Below the pieces are notes generated by a model that searched no databases, was not told where the DNA came from, and saw only the letters and a program-made list of their open reading frames with translations. Shown piece after piece: positions 1 to 9,413 of a DNA stretch of 64,000 nucleotides (position 1 is its first letter; each line of letters begins with the position of its first letter). The position numbers and the translations under genes are program-made. This DNA is from Clostridia bacterium (lineage in GTDB: Bacteria; Bacillota; Clostridia; Oscillospirales; Acutalibacteraceae). Location of the stretch: assembly GCA_017421045.1 (NCBI GenBank), contig JAFQMC010000020.1, positions 23,391 through 87,390 on the forward strand, given 5' to 3'.

Positions 1-699
1 TTCAGTTGTTGCATTGCCCGTGCTTTCAAGACTGCCGTATATTCCCTCGTTACAGTTGATTGTTGCACTTCCGATATCTACGTTGTCGAAATACGCATTC
101 AACGTGCCTACATCTCCGTCTGTGCTTTTTGTTACCGAGGAGATGTATGCTTTATCAACGTCTCCTGAAGAAATTGTCATAAGCGTACCCGTGTCGATAT
201 CGCATATTCCATGTCCCAGTCCGCAAAATCCCTGCAACTCTTCGCTGTAGAACGTCACGGTGCCAATACCCGCAGCGCTGTCTCTTATCCACATTCCTGC
301 ACGATATATACCCTCGGCATCTTTTTGCGGAACAAGTTCAGCGGTGACATACTCTTCGTCACGAAGAATTTTAAGTGTCACTGTGCATCCTTTTGAATCC
401 TCAATAATCCTCTGAAGATGTTCGTTGGATTCAAGCTCTTCACCTTTTGCCGCAATAATCACATCATTTTGCATAATACCTGCTTCTTCTGCAGGACACA
501 CACTTCCCGAAGCTGTACTCACATTCTCGGTTTCTATAACCAATACACCCTTTGAAAACATCTTTATGCCGAAGGGCTGTCCGCCGAGTATTACAGTGTT
601 ATTATTATCTTTAGATTCACTTTGTGCGTAGACACTTGCAGGCGTCATTACACCAAGTAATAAGATTATTAAAAATATAGTTTTGAATTTTGATTTCAT
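1..699 (-). CDS. spoIVB: SpoIVB peptidase (PDZ + S55 domain); 3' end runs off the window
   Basis: Absent from the ORF track. ATG at 699 (minus) with GGAGGTG RBS; translates MKSKFKTIFLIILLLGV...VILGGQPFGIKMFSKGVLVI...GHGICDIDTG, typical SpoIVB motifs. Confidence 0.88.
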   Translation of the reverse strand, partial: MKSKFKTIFLIILLLGVMTPASVYAQSESKDNNNTVILGGQPFGIKMFSKGVLVIETENVSTASGSVCPAEEAGIMQNDVIIAAKGEELESNEHLQRIIEDSKGCTVTLKILRDEEYVTAELVPQKDAEGIYRAGMWIRDSAAGIGTVTFYSEELQGFCGLGHGICDIDTGTLMTISSGDVDKAYISSVTKSTDGDVGTLNAYFDNVDIGSATINCNEGIYGSLESTGNATTE

Positions 700-886
700 T
701 GTTCACCTCCCTTGGCTCACATGTTTATTTTTTGTAACAAATAAAAATATATGGTGGAAATGACCCTGCAATCTTTTTTATTTGTCAGTGAATAAAGAAA
801 TTGTATGGTTTCAGAGTTTAAATTACCGATATTTAATAATTCTTTATTTTTTTAACAATATGTGTTATTATGTTCCCGAGGTGAGA

Positions 887-2236
887 ATGGTGCTGTTTAT
901 TCCTGAAAAATGCAATTTTATATTTGAAGCTCTCGAAAAAAGAGGTTTTCAGTGTTTTGCAGTAGGAGGCTGTGTTCGTGATGCTTTAATGGGCAACACT
1001 CCTGCAGACTGGGATTTTACAACAGATGCTCTTCCTGAAGAAATCGAAGAATGTTTCAAAGACTATACTACAATAGATATAGGAAAACGATTCGGTACTA
1101 TTTGTGTAATCTCTCACGGCGAGCCATATGAGATAACTACATTTCGCTGTGACGGAGAGTATACCGATTCCCGTCATCCTGACAGTGTCAGCTTTTCCAA
1201 AACTATAACGGAAGATTTATCCAGGCGGGATTTTACAATTAATTCAATGGCATATTCGCCCAAAACCGGTATTGTTGACCCTTTCCTTGGTAAGGAGGAC
1301 TTGGAGTCCAAGCTTATCCGATGCACCGGCAAAGCAACAGAACGCTTCGGTGAGGATGCTCTCAGAATGCTGAGAGCAGTAAGATTTGCATCACGATTGG
1401 GCTTTTCGCTGGAAACAAAGACCGCAGAAGCAATCAGTCGCCACAAAGACTCTCTTTCAAATGTTCACCCACAGCGAATGCGCAAGGAGCTGACAGGCAT
1501 ACTTATGGGGAAGTACTCTTACGACGTACTTATGTGTTACCGCGATGTAATTGCAGTTGTTATACCTGAGATAAAGCCCATGTTTGATCTTCCTCAGAAT
1601 AATCCTCATCATAAATATGATGTCTGGACACATACCCTGACAGCTCTTAAAAACACGCCCCAGGACGAAACCATCCGTCTTGCAGTCTTTTTTCACGATA
1701 TAGGAAAACCAAAAATGAAGACAACGGATGCCGGTGGCATAGACCATTTCAAAAAGCATCAGCTTGAAAGCGAAAGAATTGCCCGTGATATTCTCAGGCG
1801 CTTTGCCTATCCTGCCGACACTGTGTCAGATGTATGCAAACTTATACGTTTTCATGATGAGCGGTTTAAAAATTTATCTCCTGATATAAAACGTGTTCTT
1901 GGTGAAGTAGGTGAGGAACTGTTCATAAAACTTCTGGAGGTAGGCCGTGCCGATATGCTCTCTCAGTCAGATTATCGCAGGGATGAAAAACTCCTGCATC
2001 ACAAAAAAGTTTTGCAGGAGTATTATCGTATAATAGATTCTGATGAATGTTATAAGTTGTCACAGCTTGCACTAAAGGGAAATGACCTGATGGAACTCGG
2101 ATTTCGAGGTGAAGCTATTGGCCATGCTCTCGATGTACTTCTCAGGCTTGTTATTAAAGGAAAAGCAGAGAACACCCGTGAGAGTCTCCTGTTTTATGCA
2201 AATTCTTTACCTCATACACGTGATGATTTTAATTGA
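887..2236 (+). CDS. cca: Class II CCA tRNA nucleotidyltransferase with HD domain
   Basis: VGGCVRD, DWD, EDLSRRDFTIN, EDALR motifs plus HD domain (HDIGK); GAGGTG RBS at 878-883 favours a start at 887 or 890 rather than 782. Confidence 0.88.
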   Translation: MVLFIPEKCNFIFEALEKRGFQCFAVGGCVRDALMGNTPADWDFTTDALPEEIEECFKDYTTIDIGKRFGTICVISHGEPYEITTFRCDGEYTDSRHPDSVSFSKTITEDLSRRDFTINSMAYSPKTGIVDPFLGKEDLESKLIRCTGKATERFGEDALRMLRAVRFASRLGFSLETKTAEAISRHKDSLSNVHPQRMRKELTGILMGKYSYDVLMCYRDVIAVVIPEIKPMFDLPQNNPHHKYDVWTHTLTALKNTPQDETIRLAVFFHDIGKPKMKTTDAGGIDHFKKHQLESERIARDILRRFAYPADTVSDVCKLIRFHDERFKNLSPDIKRVLGEVGEELFIKLLEVGRADMLSQSDYRRDEKLLHHKKVLQEYYRIIDSDECYKLSQLALKGNDLMELGFRGEAIGHALDVLLRLVIKGKAENTRESLLFYANSLPHTRDDFN

Positions 2237-2261
2237 CAAATTTTATATATTATTATAAAAT
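2233..2261 (+). promoter_or_regulatory. sigma-A promoter of rnpB
   Basis: TTGACA (2233-2238), 17 nt, TAAAAT (2256-2261); the -35 overlaps the cca stop codon. Confidence 0.75.
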
Positions 2262-2268
2262 TACACTT

Positions 2269-2612
2269 GCGAGCGAATTGAGCAGTCGCGGGTATGAGTC
2301 CGAAAGGCAGTATCCGAGGAAAGTCCGAGCTCCACAGAGCAAGAGTAACGGCTAACGGCCGCCGGGGGCGACCCTAGGGAAAGTGCAACAGAAATAAACC
2401 GCCTGATTTTCAGGTAAGGATGGAAAGGCGAGGTAAGAGCTCACCGGAGCCAAGGAGACTTGGCTGCCATGTAAACCCTATTCGGAGCAACACCGTGGTG
2501 GGACATATACGCTTGCTCGGCGTGTCCCGGGAGGTGGCATTGAGCAGTGGCGGCAACGCCCTGCCAAGATAGATGACTGCTTACAACAGAACTCGGCTTA
2601 TAGATTCGGTCG
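2269..2612 (+). ncRNA. rnpB: RNase P RNA (type A)
   Basis: GAGGAAAGTCCGAGC near the 5' end, GGAAAGTGCAACAGAA, AACAGAACTCGGCTTAT near the 3' end; P1 pairing CGAGCGAAT/ATTCGGTCG. Confidence 0.96.
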
Positions 2613-2620
2613 TATATAAA

Positions 2621-2655
2621 AACATCCCGTCCACAGCGGACGGGATGTTTTTTTT
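2621..2655 (+). terminator. Intrinsic terminator of rnpB
   Basis: AACATCCCGTCC-loop-GGACGGGATGTT followed by a T run. Confidence 0.85.
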
Positions 2656-2656
2656 G

Positions 2657-3346
2657 TTAAGCGAAAACCCCCGATTGTATCGGGGGTTCAAAAAAGCTTT
2701 AGCGATGAGTATAAAAAAATACCACCTTCTGGTATAATGGAAGTGCGGTCTGGCAACTGCACGACAAAAACAGAAGGAGGTAGTCAAATGCATGACAATA
2801 ACAGTTTAGCACACACAAGTTGGAATTGCAAATACCATGTGGTCTTTGCACCCAAGTACAGGAGAAAAATATTCTATGGCGAACACAAGGCAGAGATAGG
2901 AAAGATACTTAGAGAATTATGCAAATGGAAAGAAGTAAACATAATAGAAGCTGAAGTGTGTCCTGACCATATACATATGCTTATAGAGATACCTCCCAAA
3001 CTAAGTGTAGCAAGTTTTATGGGATTCCTCAAGGGCAAAAGTAGTATCATAATACATCAGAGGCACGGAAACCTAAAGTACAAGTATGGAAACAGGTCGT
3101 TTTGGTGCAGAGGATATTATGTGGATACGGCAGGCAAAAACGCTAAAAGAATTGAAGAATACATAAAGAATCAACTTAAAGAAGATATGGTACACGACCA
3201 AATGACGCTGAGAGGATGGGAAGACCCGTTCACGGGTAGTAAGTAACAGACGCAAGTGTCAGACCGCAGATGTGCCTTGAGGCACCGCTTGTAACAGAGC
3301 CTTTTAGGCGCACAAGAAAAACCACCGGCTACGCCGGTGGTTTTTT
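2657..3346 (+). mobile_element. IS200/IS605-family element (tnpA only); boundaries approximate
   Basis: Subterminal hairpins AACCCCCGAT-TGT-ATCGGGGGTT (2666-2688) and AAAAACCACCGGC-TAC-GCCGGTGGTTTTT (3317-3345) flank a Y1 transposase; no tnpB. Confidence 0.88.
2788..3246 (+). CDS. tnpA: IS200-family HUH/Y1 transposase
   Basis: YHVVFAPKYRR, DHIH (HUH), LKGKSS, FWCRGYYV, EYIKNQ (catalytic Tyr); AGGAGG RBS before ATG 2788. Confidence 0.95.
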   Translation: MHDNNSLAHTSWNCKYHVVFAPKYRRKIFYGEHKAEIGKILRELCKWKEVNIIEAEVCPDHIHMLIEIPPKLSVASFMGFLKGKSSIIIHQRHGNLKYKYGNRSFWCRGYYVDTAGKNAKRIEEYIKNQLKEDMVHDQMTLRGWEDPFTGSK

Positions 3347-3361
3347 ATTTGCATATTTTTA

Positions 3362-4807
3362 TCAAGCTTTATTAAGCAGTTGGTTTTTGATGTCCCAGAG
3401 TTTCTGAGAAAGATCAACATAATATGTGTGAGGATTTTCGAATCTTGTAACCTCATCCCAAAGAGTCTCTATCTGTTTGTCACAGTAACTCTTTATCTCA
3501 TCAATCTCCGGCAGTTTTTCAATAAGTCTACCGTTTTCGATATATTTCTTTCTTATATCCACAGCATAGAAGTTTTCAATAGTCTTTCTCTTCCATGTGT
3601 TCTGAGGGTCAAAGATTTCATAGGGCTTTGTGTCATCTATTTCTTCGTCGTGCAGTGCAATGACATCGGCAATAGATTTGTTTGTATCTCTGTCATAGAG
3701 TCTGAACAGTCGCTTGAAGCAGGGTGTAGTGATCTTGCCTACGTTTTCACTGATTTTAATTTTGGGAGTGATAACCCCGTTTTCTTCAGTTGCAACCAGT
3801 TTGTATACGCCGCCAAACATAGGGGATGACGAAGAAGTAATCAGTCTTTCTCCAACTCCGTATGTGTCAACTTTGGCTCCCTGAATCTGCATATCCTTTA
3901 TGATGTATTCATCCAGAGAGTTAGATGCACATATCTTGCAGTCCACGTATCCTGCGGCATCAAGCATATTTCTCGCTTTTTTTGAGAGGTATGTGATATC
4001 ACCGCTGTCGATTCTGATTCCGTTAGGTCTGACTCCAAGAGGCTTCAGCACATCGTCAAATACCTTTATTGCATTGGGAACACCGCTTTTGAGGGTGTTA
4101 TAAGTGTCAACCAGCAGTGTGCAGTTTCGGGGATACAGCCTTGCATATGCAGCAAAGGCTTCGTACTCTGTGTCAAAGGACTGAATCCATGAGTGAGCCA
4201 TTGTGCCCAGAGCAGGCACCGAGAAATCCCTGTCGCTGATTGTACATGCCGAGCCACAGCATCCGCCGATATAGGCAGCCCTTGCTCCGTACACAGCTCC
4301 GTCAAATCCCTGAGCTCGGCGAGAGCCGAATTCCATCACAGCTCTGCCATCGGCAGCACGTCTGAGTCTGTTGGCTTTTGTGGCTATAAGACTCTGATGG
4401 TTTATGGAAAGCAGAATCATGGTTTCAACAAACTGAGCCTGAATTATGGGACCCTTGACGGTGACAATGGGTTCTCCGGGGAAAATAGGTGTACCCTCAG
4501 GAACCGCCCAGACATCGCACCGGAACTTAAAATTCCTCAGATATTCAAGAAACTCTTCTGAAAAAAGATTCTTACTTCTGAGAAAATCAATATCCTCATC
4601 AGTGAATTTCAGATTGGTCAGGTATTCAAGCATTTGCTCAACACCTGCCATAATTGCGTATCCGCCTTTGTCAGGGTTGTTTCTGTAAAACATATCAAAG
4701 TAGGCAATTCTGTCTCTGTGCTCACACTGAAAGTATCCGCCGGCCATTGTCAGCTCATAGAAATCTGTCAGAAGTGTAAGATTTCTGCTTTTCAGAGAGT
4801 TGCTCAT
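3362..4807 (-). CDS. pncB: Nicotinate phosphoribosyltransferase
   Basis: LLTDFYELTM, EFGSRRAQG, GTMAHSW, LVDTY, GIRIDSGD, GVYKL motifs; AAGGAG RBS before ATG 4807. Confidence 0.93.
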   Translation of the reverse strand: MSNSLKSRNLTLLTDFYELTMAGGYFQCEHRDRIAYFDMFYRNNPDKGGYAIMAGVEQMLEYLTNLKFTDEDIDFLRSKNLFSEEFLEYLRNFKFRCDVWAVPEGTPIFPGEPIVTVKGPIIQAQFVETMILLSINHQSLIATKANRLRRAADGRAVMEFGSRRAQGFDGAVYGARAAYIGGCCGSACTISDRDFSVPALGTMAHSWIQSFDTEYEAFAAYARLYPRNCTLLVDTYNTLKSGVPNAIKVFDDVLKPLGVRPNGIRIDSGDITYLSKKARNMLDAAGYVDCKICASNSLDEYIIKDMQIQGAKVDTYGVGERLITSSSSPMFGGVYKLVATEENGVITPKIKISENVGKITTPCFKRLFRLYDRDTNKSIADVIALHDEEIDDTKPYEIFDPQNTWKRKTIENFYAVDIRKKYIENGRLIEKLPEIDEIKSYCDKQIETLWDEVTRFENPHTYYVDLSQKLWDIKNQLLNKA

Positions 4808-5134
4808 AATATTCGCTCCTTGCATTGTCGCAGTTATATTGATTTTAGCTTTTATATATTTTCATCATAATAGCATTCTTTAAGCAAATAATAAATCTCA
4901 GTGAGAAAATTTTGTTAAAAATACAGATATAATGTGCAGAATTTACCTTTTTGTAATCCTTTTTACCAAAATATTTCAAATTTTTAAATAAATTTACAAA
5001 AACACTTGTTTTTTTTCGAATATAGTATTATAATGTGTTCACACTGCGATTTAATGATTTTGTAGAATTCTTTTTTGGAATTAACAGAACTTCAATTCGT
5101 CATTATATATTAATTAGTTGGGAGAACGCATGGT

Positions 5135-5383
5135 ATGAGACTACGCAAGCAAGAGCTCGGAGACCGCAATCTGGTTGGTGCCAGAGTTGAGGCGGCAAGA
5201 AAGAAGAGAGGAATGAAGCAGAAGGAGCTTTTGGCTCAGCTTCAGGTTAACGGCGTAGATATGAACGCTTCCGGCCTTTCAAAGTTGGAGGGTCAGATTC
5301 GCTATGTCACAGATGTTGAACTTGTTGCTCTTGCAGATATTTTGGAAGTCTCTGTTGATTTTCTCCTTGGCAGAGAGAACTAA
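5135..5383 (+). CDS. XRE-family helix-turn-helix protein
   Basis: 82 aa with HTH_3 pattern (ARKKRGMKQKELL...LSKLE...LADILEVSVDFLLG); own terminator. Confidence 0.85.
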   Translation: MRLRKQELGDRNLVGARVEAARKKRGMKQKELLAQLQVNGVDMNASGLSKLEGQIRYVTDVELVALADILEVSVDFLLGREN

Positions 5384-5402
5384 TCCTGTTCTTCAGATTC
5401 TT

Positions 5403-5430
5403 ACAGACGGTTTTTACCGTCTGTTTTTTT
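5403..5430 (+). terminator. Intrinsic terminator
   Basis: ACAGACGGT-TTTT-ACCGTCTGT plus T run. Confidence 0.8.
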
Positions 5431-5526
5431 ATTTCTCAGCTTATTGACAAAATTATTCAGCTATCTTGTTGATATTTTCTCAACTTCATTGTATTATATA
5501 TAATGTTTCAGAAACGGAGGCAAATA

Positions 5527-6918
5527 ATGCATAACTTAATTGATAATTATTTTAAGAGTATAAAAGGTAAACGTGTAGCGTTCATCGGACTTGGCAGAAG
5601 CAACCTGCCTCTTATAAAAATGTTCTGTGATGCAGGTGCGGTAGTATACGCATGCGACAGCAGAGGCGAGGAGGCCCTCGGTGAAAACGCCGCTATAGCA
5701 AAGCGTGCAGGAGCGATACTCTCTCTTGGAGAGGGGTATCTTGATAATTTGCAAGTTGACACTGTTTTCCGCACCCCCGGTATGAACTATAACAGTCCTG
5801 CTCTTGTGTCTATGAGAGAAAGTGGTGTGGAGATCACATCGGAGATGGAGCTGTTCTTCGAGCTGTGTCCCTGCAGAATAATTGCCGTAACAGGCTCTGA
5901 CGGCAAAACCACAACAACCACCATAATATCTGAACTTCTGAAGGCACAAGGCTATAGAGTTCATCTTGGCGGAAATATCGGCAATCCTCTTATGCCCGAG
6001 ATATACGATATCAGGGAAGAGGATTTTGCTGTAGTTGAACTTTCCAGTTTTCAGCTTATATCTATGAAGAAAAGTCCGTTGGTTTCTGTTGTTACAAACG
6101 TTGCACCTAATCATCTTGATGTTCACAAGGATATGGACGAATATATTGATGCCAAGAGAAATATCCTTGCCTATCAGAGCACAGGGGACAAGTGCGTTCT
6201 CAATCTGGATAACGATATCTCGGCATCTTTCAGCGATGATACAAAGGCAGATGTTTATTTCTTTTCACGCACACAGAACGTTGACACAGGCGTATATGTA
6301 TCTGACGGATGCATTTGTTATAAGGATGCCGAAAAAGAACAGAACGTTCTTTCGGTATCTGACATAAAAATCCCGGGTCTTCATAATGTTGAGAATTTTA
6401 TGGCGGCAATCTGTGCTGTTATTGATTTTGTCAGCATCGATACAATTCATAAGGTCGCCACAACCTTCACGGGTGTAAAGCATCGCGCCCAGCTTGTCCG
6501 TGAGCTTGACGGTGTCAGATATTATAACGACTCCATCGCATCTTCTCCCACACGCACAGCCTGCGGTATGTTGTCTCTCTTTGAGCAGAAGCTCATTCTG
6601 ATATGCGGCGGATATGATAAAAACATCCCTTACGAGCCACTGGGCCCTGTTATCTGTAACAAGGTAAAAACTCTGATTCTCTTAGGCGCAACAGGGGATA
6701 AGATTGAGTCCGCGGTGAAATCTTCACTTGAATATAAAGAAAATAACCCTGTCATTCTTCGCGCAGAGAGCATGGAGCAGGCAGTGGAAATTGCAAGAAA
6801 AAATGCTGAAGCTGGCGATATTGTAGCACTTTCTCCTGCGTCTGCAAGCTTCGATATGTATAGGGATTTTGAGCAGCGCGGCGAACACTTTATGTCTATA
6901 GTAAACGCCCTCAGCTGA
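5527..6918 (+). CDS. murD: UDP-MurNAc-L-Ala:D-Glu ligase
   Basis: GLGRSN, VTGSDGKTTT, GGNIG, ELSSFQL, NHLD, YNDS, LSPASASFD; GGAGG RBS before ATG 5527. Confidence 0.93.
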   Translation: MHNLIDNYFKSIKGKRVAFIGLGRSNLPLIKMFCDAGAVVYACDSRGEEALGENAAIAKRAGAILSLGEGYLDNLQVDTVFRTPGMNYNSPALVSMRESGVEITSEMELFFELCPCRIIAVTGSDGKTTTTTIISELLKAQGYRVHLGGNIGNPLMPEIYDIREEDFAVVELSSFQLISMKKSPLVSVVTNVAPNHLDVHKDMDEYIDAKRNILAYQSTGDKCVLNLDNDISASFSDDTKADVYFFSRTQNVDTGVYVSDGCICYKDAEKEQNVLSVSDIKIPGLHNVENFMAAICAVIDFVSIDTIHKVATTFTGVKHRAQLVRELDGVRYYNDSIASSPTRTACGMLSLFEQKLILICGGYDKNIPYEPLGPVICNKVKTLILLGATGDKIESAVKSSLEYKENNPVILRAESMEQAVEIARKNAEAGDIVALSPASASFDMYRDFEQRGEHFMSIVNALS

Positions 6919-6919
6919 T

Positions 6920-7669
6920 ATGATTTCTTTAACCGCCGATAGATTTGCGATACTTAATTCACTCAATACTTCCGAAGACTTCGGATATATCAAAAATATA
7001 GTTAAACTCTACTTAGATTCTTATGGCGTCACATATGATTTCGTAGAGTATTATATCCAGACAGACACCGAAACCGAAAGGTCAACTGCTGTACTGCTTC
7101 GTTATAATAACTTTTTGTATTGTTCGGTTGGAGAGAGAGCAGATTTCGCGGAACTCTCCGCTTTTATCCTTGGCTTTTCCGATTGTGAGTGCTATTGCAA
7201 TAAGCCTATCTTCGAAAACACTACGGATGCTCCCGATGGAGAAGTCTGTTATGTTATGAGCAAAACAGGCGAAAAACGCACTCAGGATCCCTCCGTCATT
7301 TCCTGCGAAAATGCCAGAACCATAACAGATATTGTAACTTCTGAGCTGACTTATGAGAAACAGACAGATTTCTTTCTCAACACTTCTCATATGCTTCGAC
7401 ACGGCACAATCAAGGTGTTTTCATACATTGTGGATAATGTCACAGTATGTGTTGTTGCGTTTTCCTGTAATAACGAAAATTCTTCGGTGATTCCATTTGT
7501 ATATACAGAGAAATATTTCCGTGGAAATGGTTATTGCAGAAGGGTCTTGGATCAAGTTTGCTCGGACGAGGACATAACCTATCAGCTTTTGTGTGAAGAA
7601 CACAATATTAAATTCTATGAAAAATGCGGTTTTTCTCAGATTGATTTCTGTTTAAGATACCGCTTGTGA
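6920..7669 (+). CDS. GNAT-family N-acetyltransferase (C-terminal GNAT domain)
   Basis: VYT..YFRGNGY motif A and FYEKCGF motif B. Confidence 0.75.
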   Translation: MISLTADRFAILNSLNTSEDFGYIKNIVKLYLDSYGVTYDFVEYYIQTDTETERSTAVLLRYNNFLYCSVGERADFAELSAFILGFSDCECYCNKPIFENTTDAPDGEVCYVMSKTGEKRTQDPSVISCENARTITDIVTSELTYEKQTDFFLNTSHMLRHGTIKVFSYIVDNVTVCVVAFSCNNENSSVIPFVYTEKYFRGNGYCRRVLDQVCSDEDITYQLLCEEHNIKFYEKCGFSQIDFCLRYRL

Positions 7670-7676
7670 GGTCAAT

Positions 7677-8933
7677 ATGTTTAGTTTTTTCAGTGTAGAT
7701 AAATCGGTAAGAGATGCTTCGGATAAAGCTCTGACCATGTGCCGTGAACAATTTCAAAAGATAGATGAAATTCGCGGATATAATCAGATAAAGATGCTGA
7801 AGGCTTTTCAGGAAGCCCGTGTGTCTGAGTCGATGTTCGGCGGAAGCAGCGGTTACGGATACGGAGACCGAGGCAGAGATGCCCTGGACGAGGTGTATGC
7901 CTACGCATTTGATGCAGAGGATGCCTTGGTGCGCCATAATTTTGTAAGCGGCACCCATGCTTTGACTGTTGCTCTTTTTGGTGTGCTTCGTCCAGGTGAC
8001 GTTATGCTTTCTGTCGCATCTACACCTTACGATACACTCCGTGGAGCAATCGGAATTGACTCTGACTATTCAGGCTCACTCAAAGATTTTGGCGTTATCT
8101 ATAAGGAAGTAGATTTAAAATCCGACGGTACCCTTGACTATGAAGCTATAGAAAAGGAAATAGCCCAGAAACCCCGTATGGTCTATATTCAGCGCTCCCG
8201 CGGTTACGAGCTTCGTCCGTCCTTGCTCTTTGAAGATATCAAGCGCATCTGCGAGATTACAAGAAGAGTATCTCCCGAGTCTGTTATTATGCTGGATAAC
8301 TGCTACGGAGAGTTTGTAGAACTTGAGTCGCCCCATAAATGCGGAGTAGATCTCATGGCCGGTTCTATGATTAAGAACCCCGGCGGAGCAATTGCCCGCA
8401 CAGGAGGCTATATTTCAGGTAGACGGGATTTAGTTGAGCAGGCTGCCTTTCGTCTTACAACGCCTGGTACCGGCAAGGAACTCGGTGCAACTCTCGACAC
8501 TGTAAGAGAAATGTTCCTCGGAGCTTACAACGCTCCTCACATTACAGGAGAAGCTATGAAAACTGCTGTGTTCTCAGCAGCACTTTTTGAACTTCTCGGC
8601 TACGAGGTTACTCCCCGATATAACGAAGACAGGGGAGACATCATTCAGGTGCTGAAGCTTTCTTCCGACACGGAACTTGTTGAGTTCTGCCGTGGTATTC
8701 AGGCAGCATCACCTGTTGACAGTTTTGTAGTGCCTGAGCCTTCGGATATGCCCGGATATGATTGTCAGGTCGTTATGGCGTCAGGCGCCTTTACCCTTGG
8801 ATCATCCATTGAGCTTTCCTGTGATGCACCTTTGCGTCCGCCTTTTGCCGTGTGGCTTCAGGGTGCACATAACTTTGATGCAGGCAGATTGGGAATCATG
8901 CTTGCCGCTCAGAGAGTTATCAACTTAAAATAA
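7677..8933 (+). CDS. YnbB-like PLP enzyme (methionine gamma-lyase / aluminium-resistance family)
   Basis: GYGYGDRGRD, SGTHA, IQRSRGY, DNCYGEF, GSMIKNPGG, MASGAF..GSSIELS. Confidence 0.85.
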   Translation: MFSFFSVDKSVRDASDKALTMCREQFQKIDEIRGYNQIKMLKAFQEARVSESMFGGSSGYGYGDRGRDALDEVYAYAFDAEDALVRHNFVSGTHALTVALFGVLRPGDVMLSVASTPYDTLRGAIGIDSDYSGSLKDFGVIYKEVDLKSDGTLDYEAIEKEIAQKPRMVYIQRSRGYELRPSLLFEDIKRICEITRRVSPESVIMLDNCYGEFVELESPHKCGVDLMAGSMIKNPGGAIARTGGYISGRRDLVEQAAFRLTTPGTGKELGATLDTVREMFLGAYNAPHITGEAMKTAVFSAALFELLGYEVTPRYNEDRGDIIQVLKLSSDTELVEFCRGIQAASPVDSFVVPEPSDMPGYDCQVVMASGAFTLGSSIELSCDAPLRPPFAVWLQGAHNFDAGRLGIMLAAQRVINLK

Positions 8934-8935
8934 AG

Positions 8936-8965
8936 AAAACGGAGAGTTCAGCACTCTCCGTTTTT
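8936..8965. terminator. Bidirectional terminator between ynbB-like gene and tadA
   Basis: AAAACGGAGAGT-TCAGC-ACTCTCCGTTTT with A and T tracts; overlaps the tadA stop. Confidence 0.7.
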
Positions 8966-9412
8966 GTTTGTTCTGATGTTTTTGAAAAATTCACTCAACA
9001 AATCACTGCATCGATCTTCTGAAATTCCTCCGTAACATTCGGGTCTGTGTACTTTGGGAATAGAAAACAGATTCAAAGCCGAGCCGCAGGCGCCGTAATT
9101 AAGGTCAAAAGTGCCGAACACAACCTTGCTGATTTTTGAGTTGATTATAGCACCCGCGCACATAGGGCAGGGCTCAAGTGTAACGTACATTTCGCATCCG
9201 CTGAGATTAGGACTTGAAAGCGCCTTGCAGGCATTCTCAATAGCTACAACCTCTGCGTGCATTATTGAAGATTTTGTTTCTTCCGTGCGGTTTTTGCCTT
9301 CTGCGATTATTTTGCCATCTTTGACTATAACGCACCCAACGGGTATTTCTCCCGCGTTTGATGCATCCTCGGCAAGCTTTATCGCTTCATTCATAAAATC
9401 GTATCTGTCCAT
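8948..9412 (-). CDS. tadA: tRNA adenosine(34) deaminase
   Basis: GEIPVG, HAE, TLEPCPMCAGA motifs. Confidence 0.85.
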   Translation of the reverse strand: MDRYDFMNEAIKLAEDASNAGEIPVGCVIVKDGKIIAEGKNRTEETKSSIMHAEVVAIENACKALSSPNLSGCEMYVTLEPCPMCAGAIINSKISKVVFGTFDLNYGACGSALNLFSIPKVHRPECYGGISEDRCSDLLSEFFKNIRTNKNGEC

Positions 9413-9413
9413 G

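Noticed and set aside
1222-1230. Possible CGG/AGG codon reassignment as in some Firmicutes
   Set aside because: AGG CGG encode the conserved RR of the CCA enzyme RRD motif, and TGA/TAG/TAA all end conserved genes; this is a spot check only
2269-3346. Large structured RNA next to an IS200 transposase (IStron or omega-RNA system?)
   Set aside because: The RNA has RNase P signatures and its own terminator before the IS; no tnpB or iscB and no group I intron features seen
5086-5099. GAAC-N4-ATTC, near an SOS (Cheo) box upstream of the XRE gene
   Set aside because: Imperfect single match in AT-rich DNA
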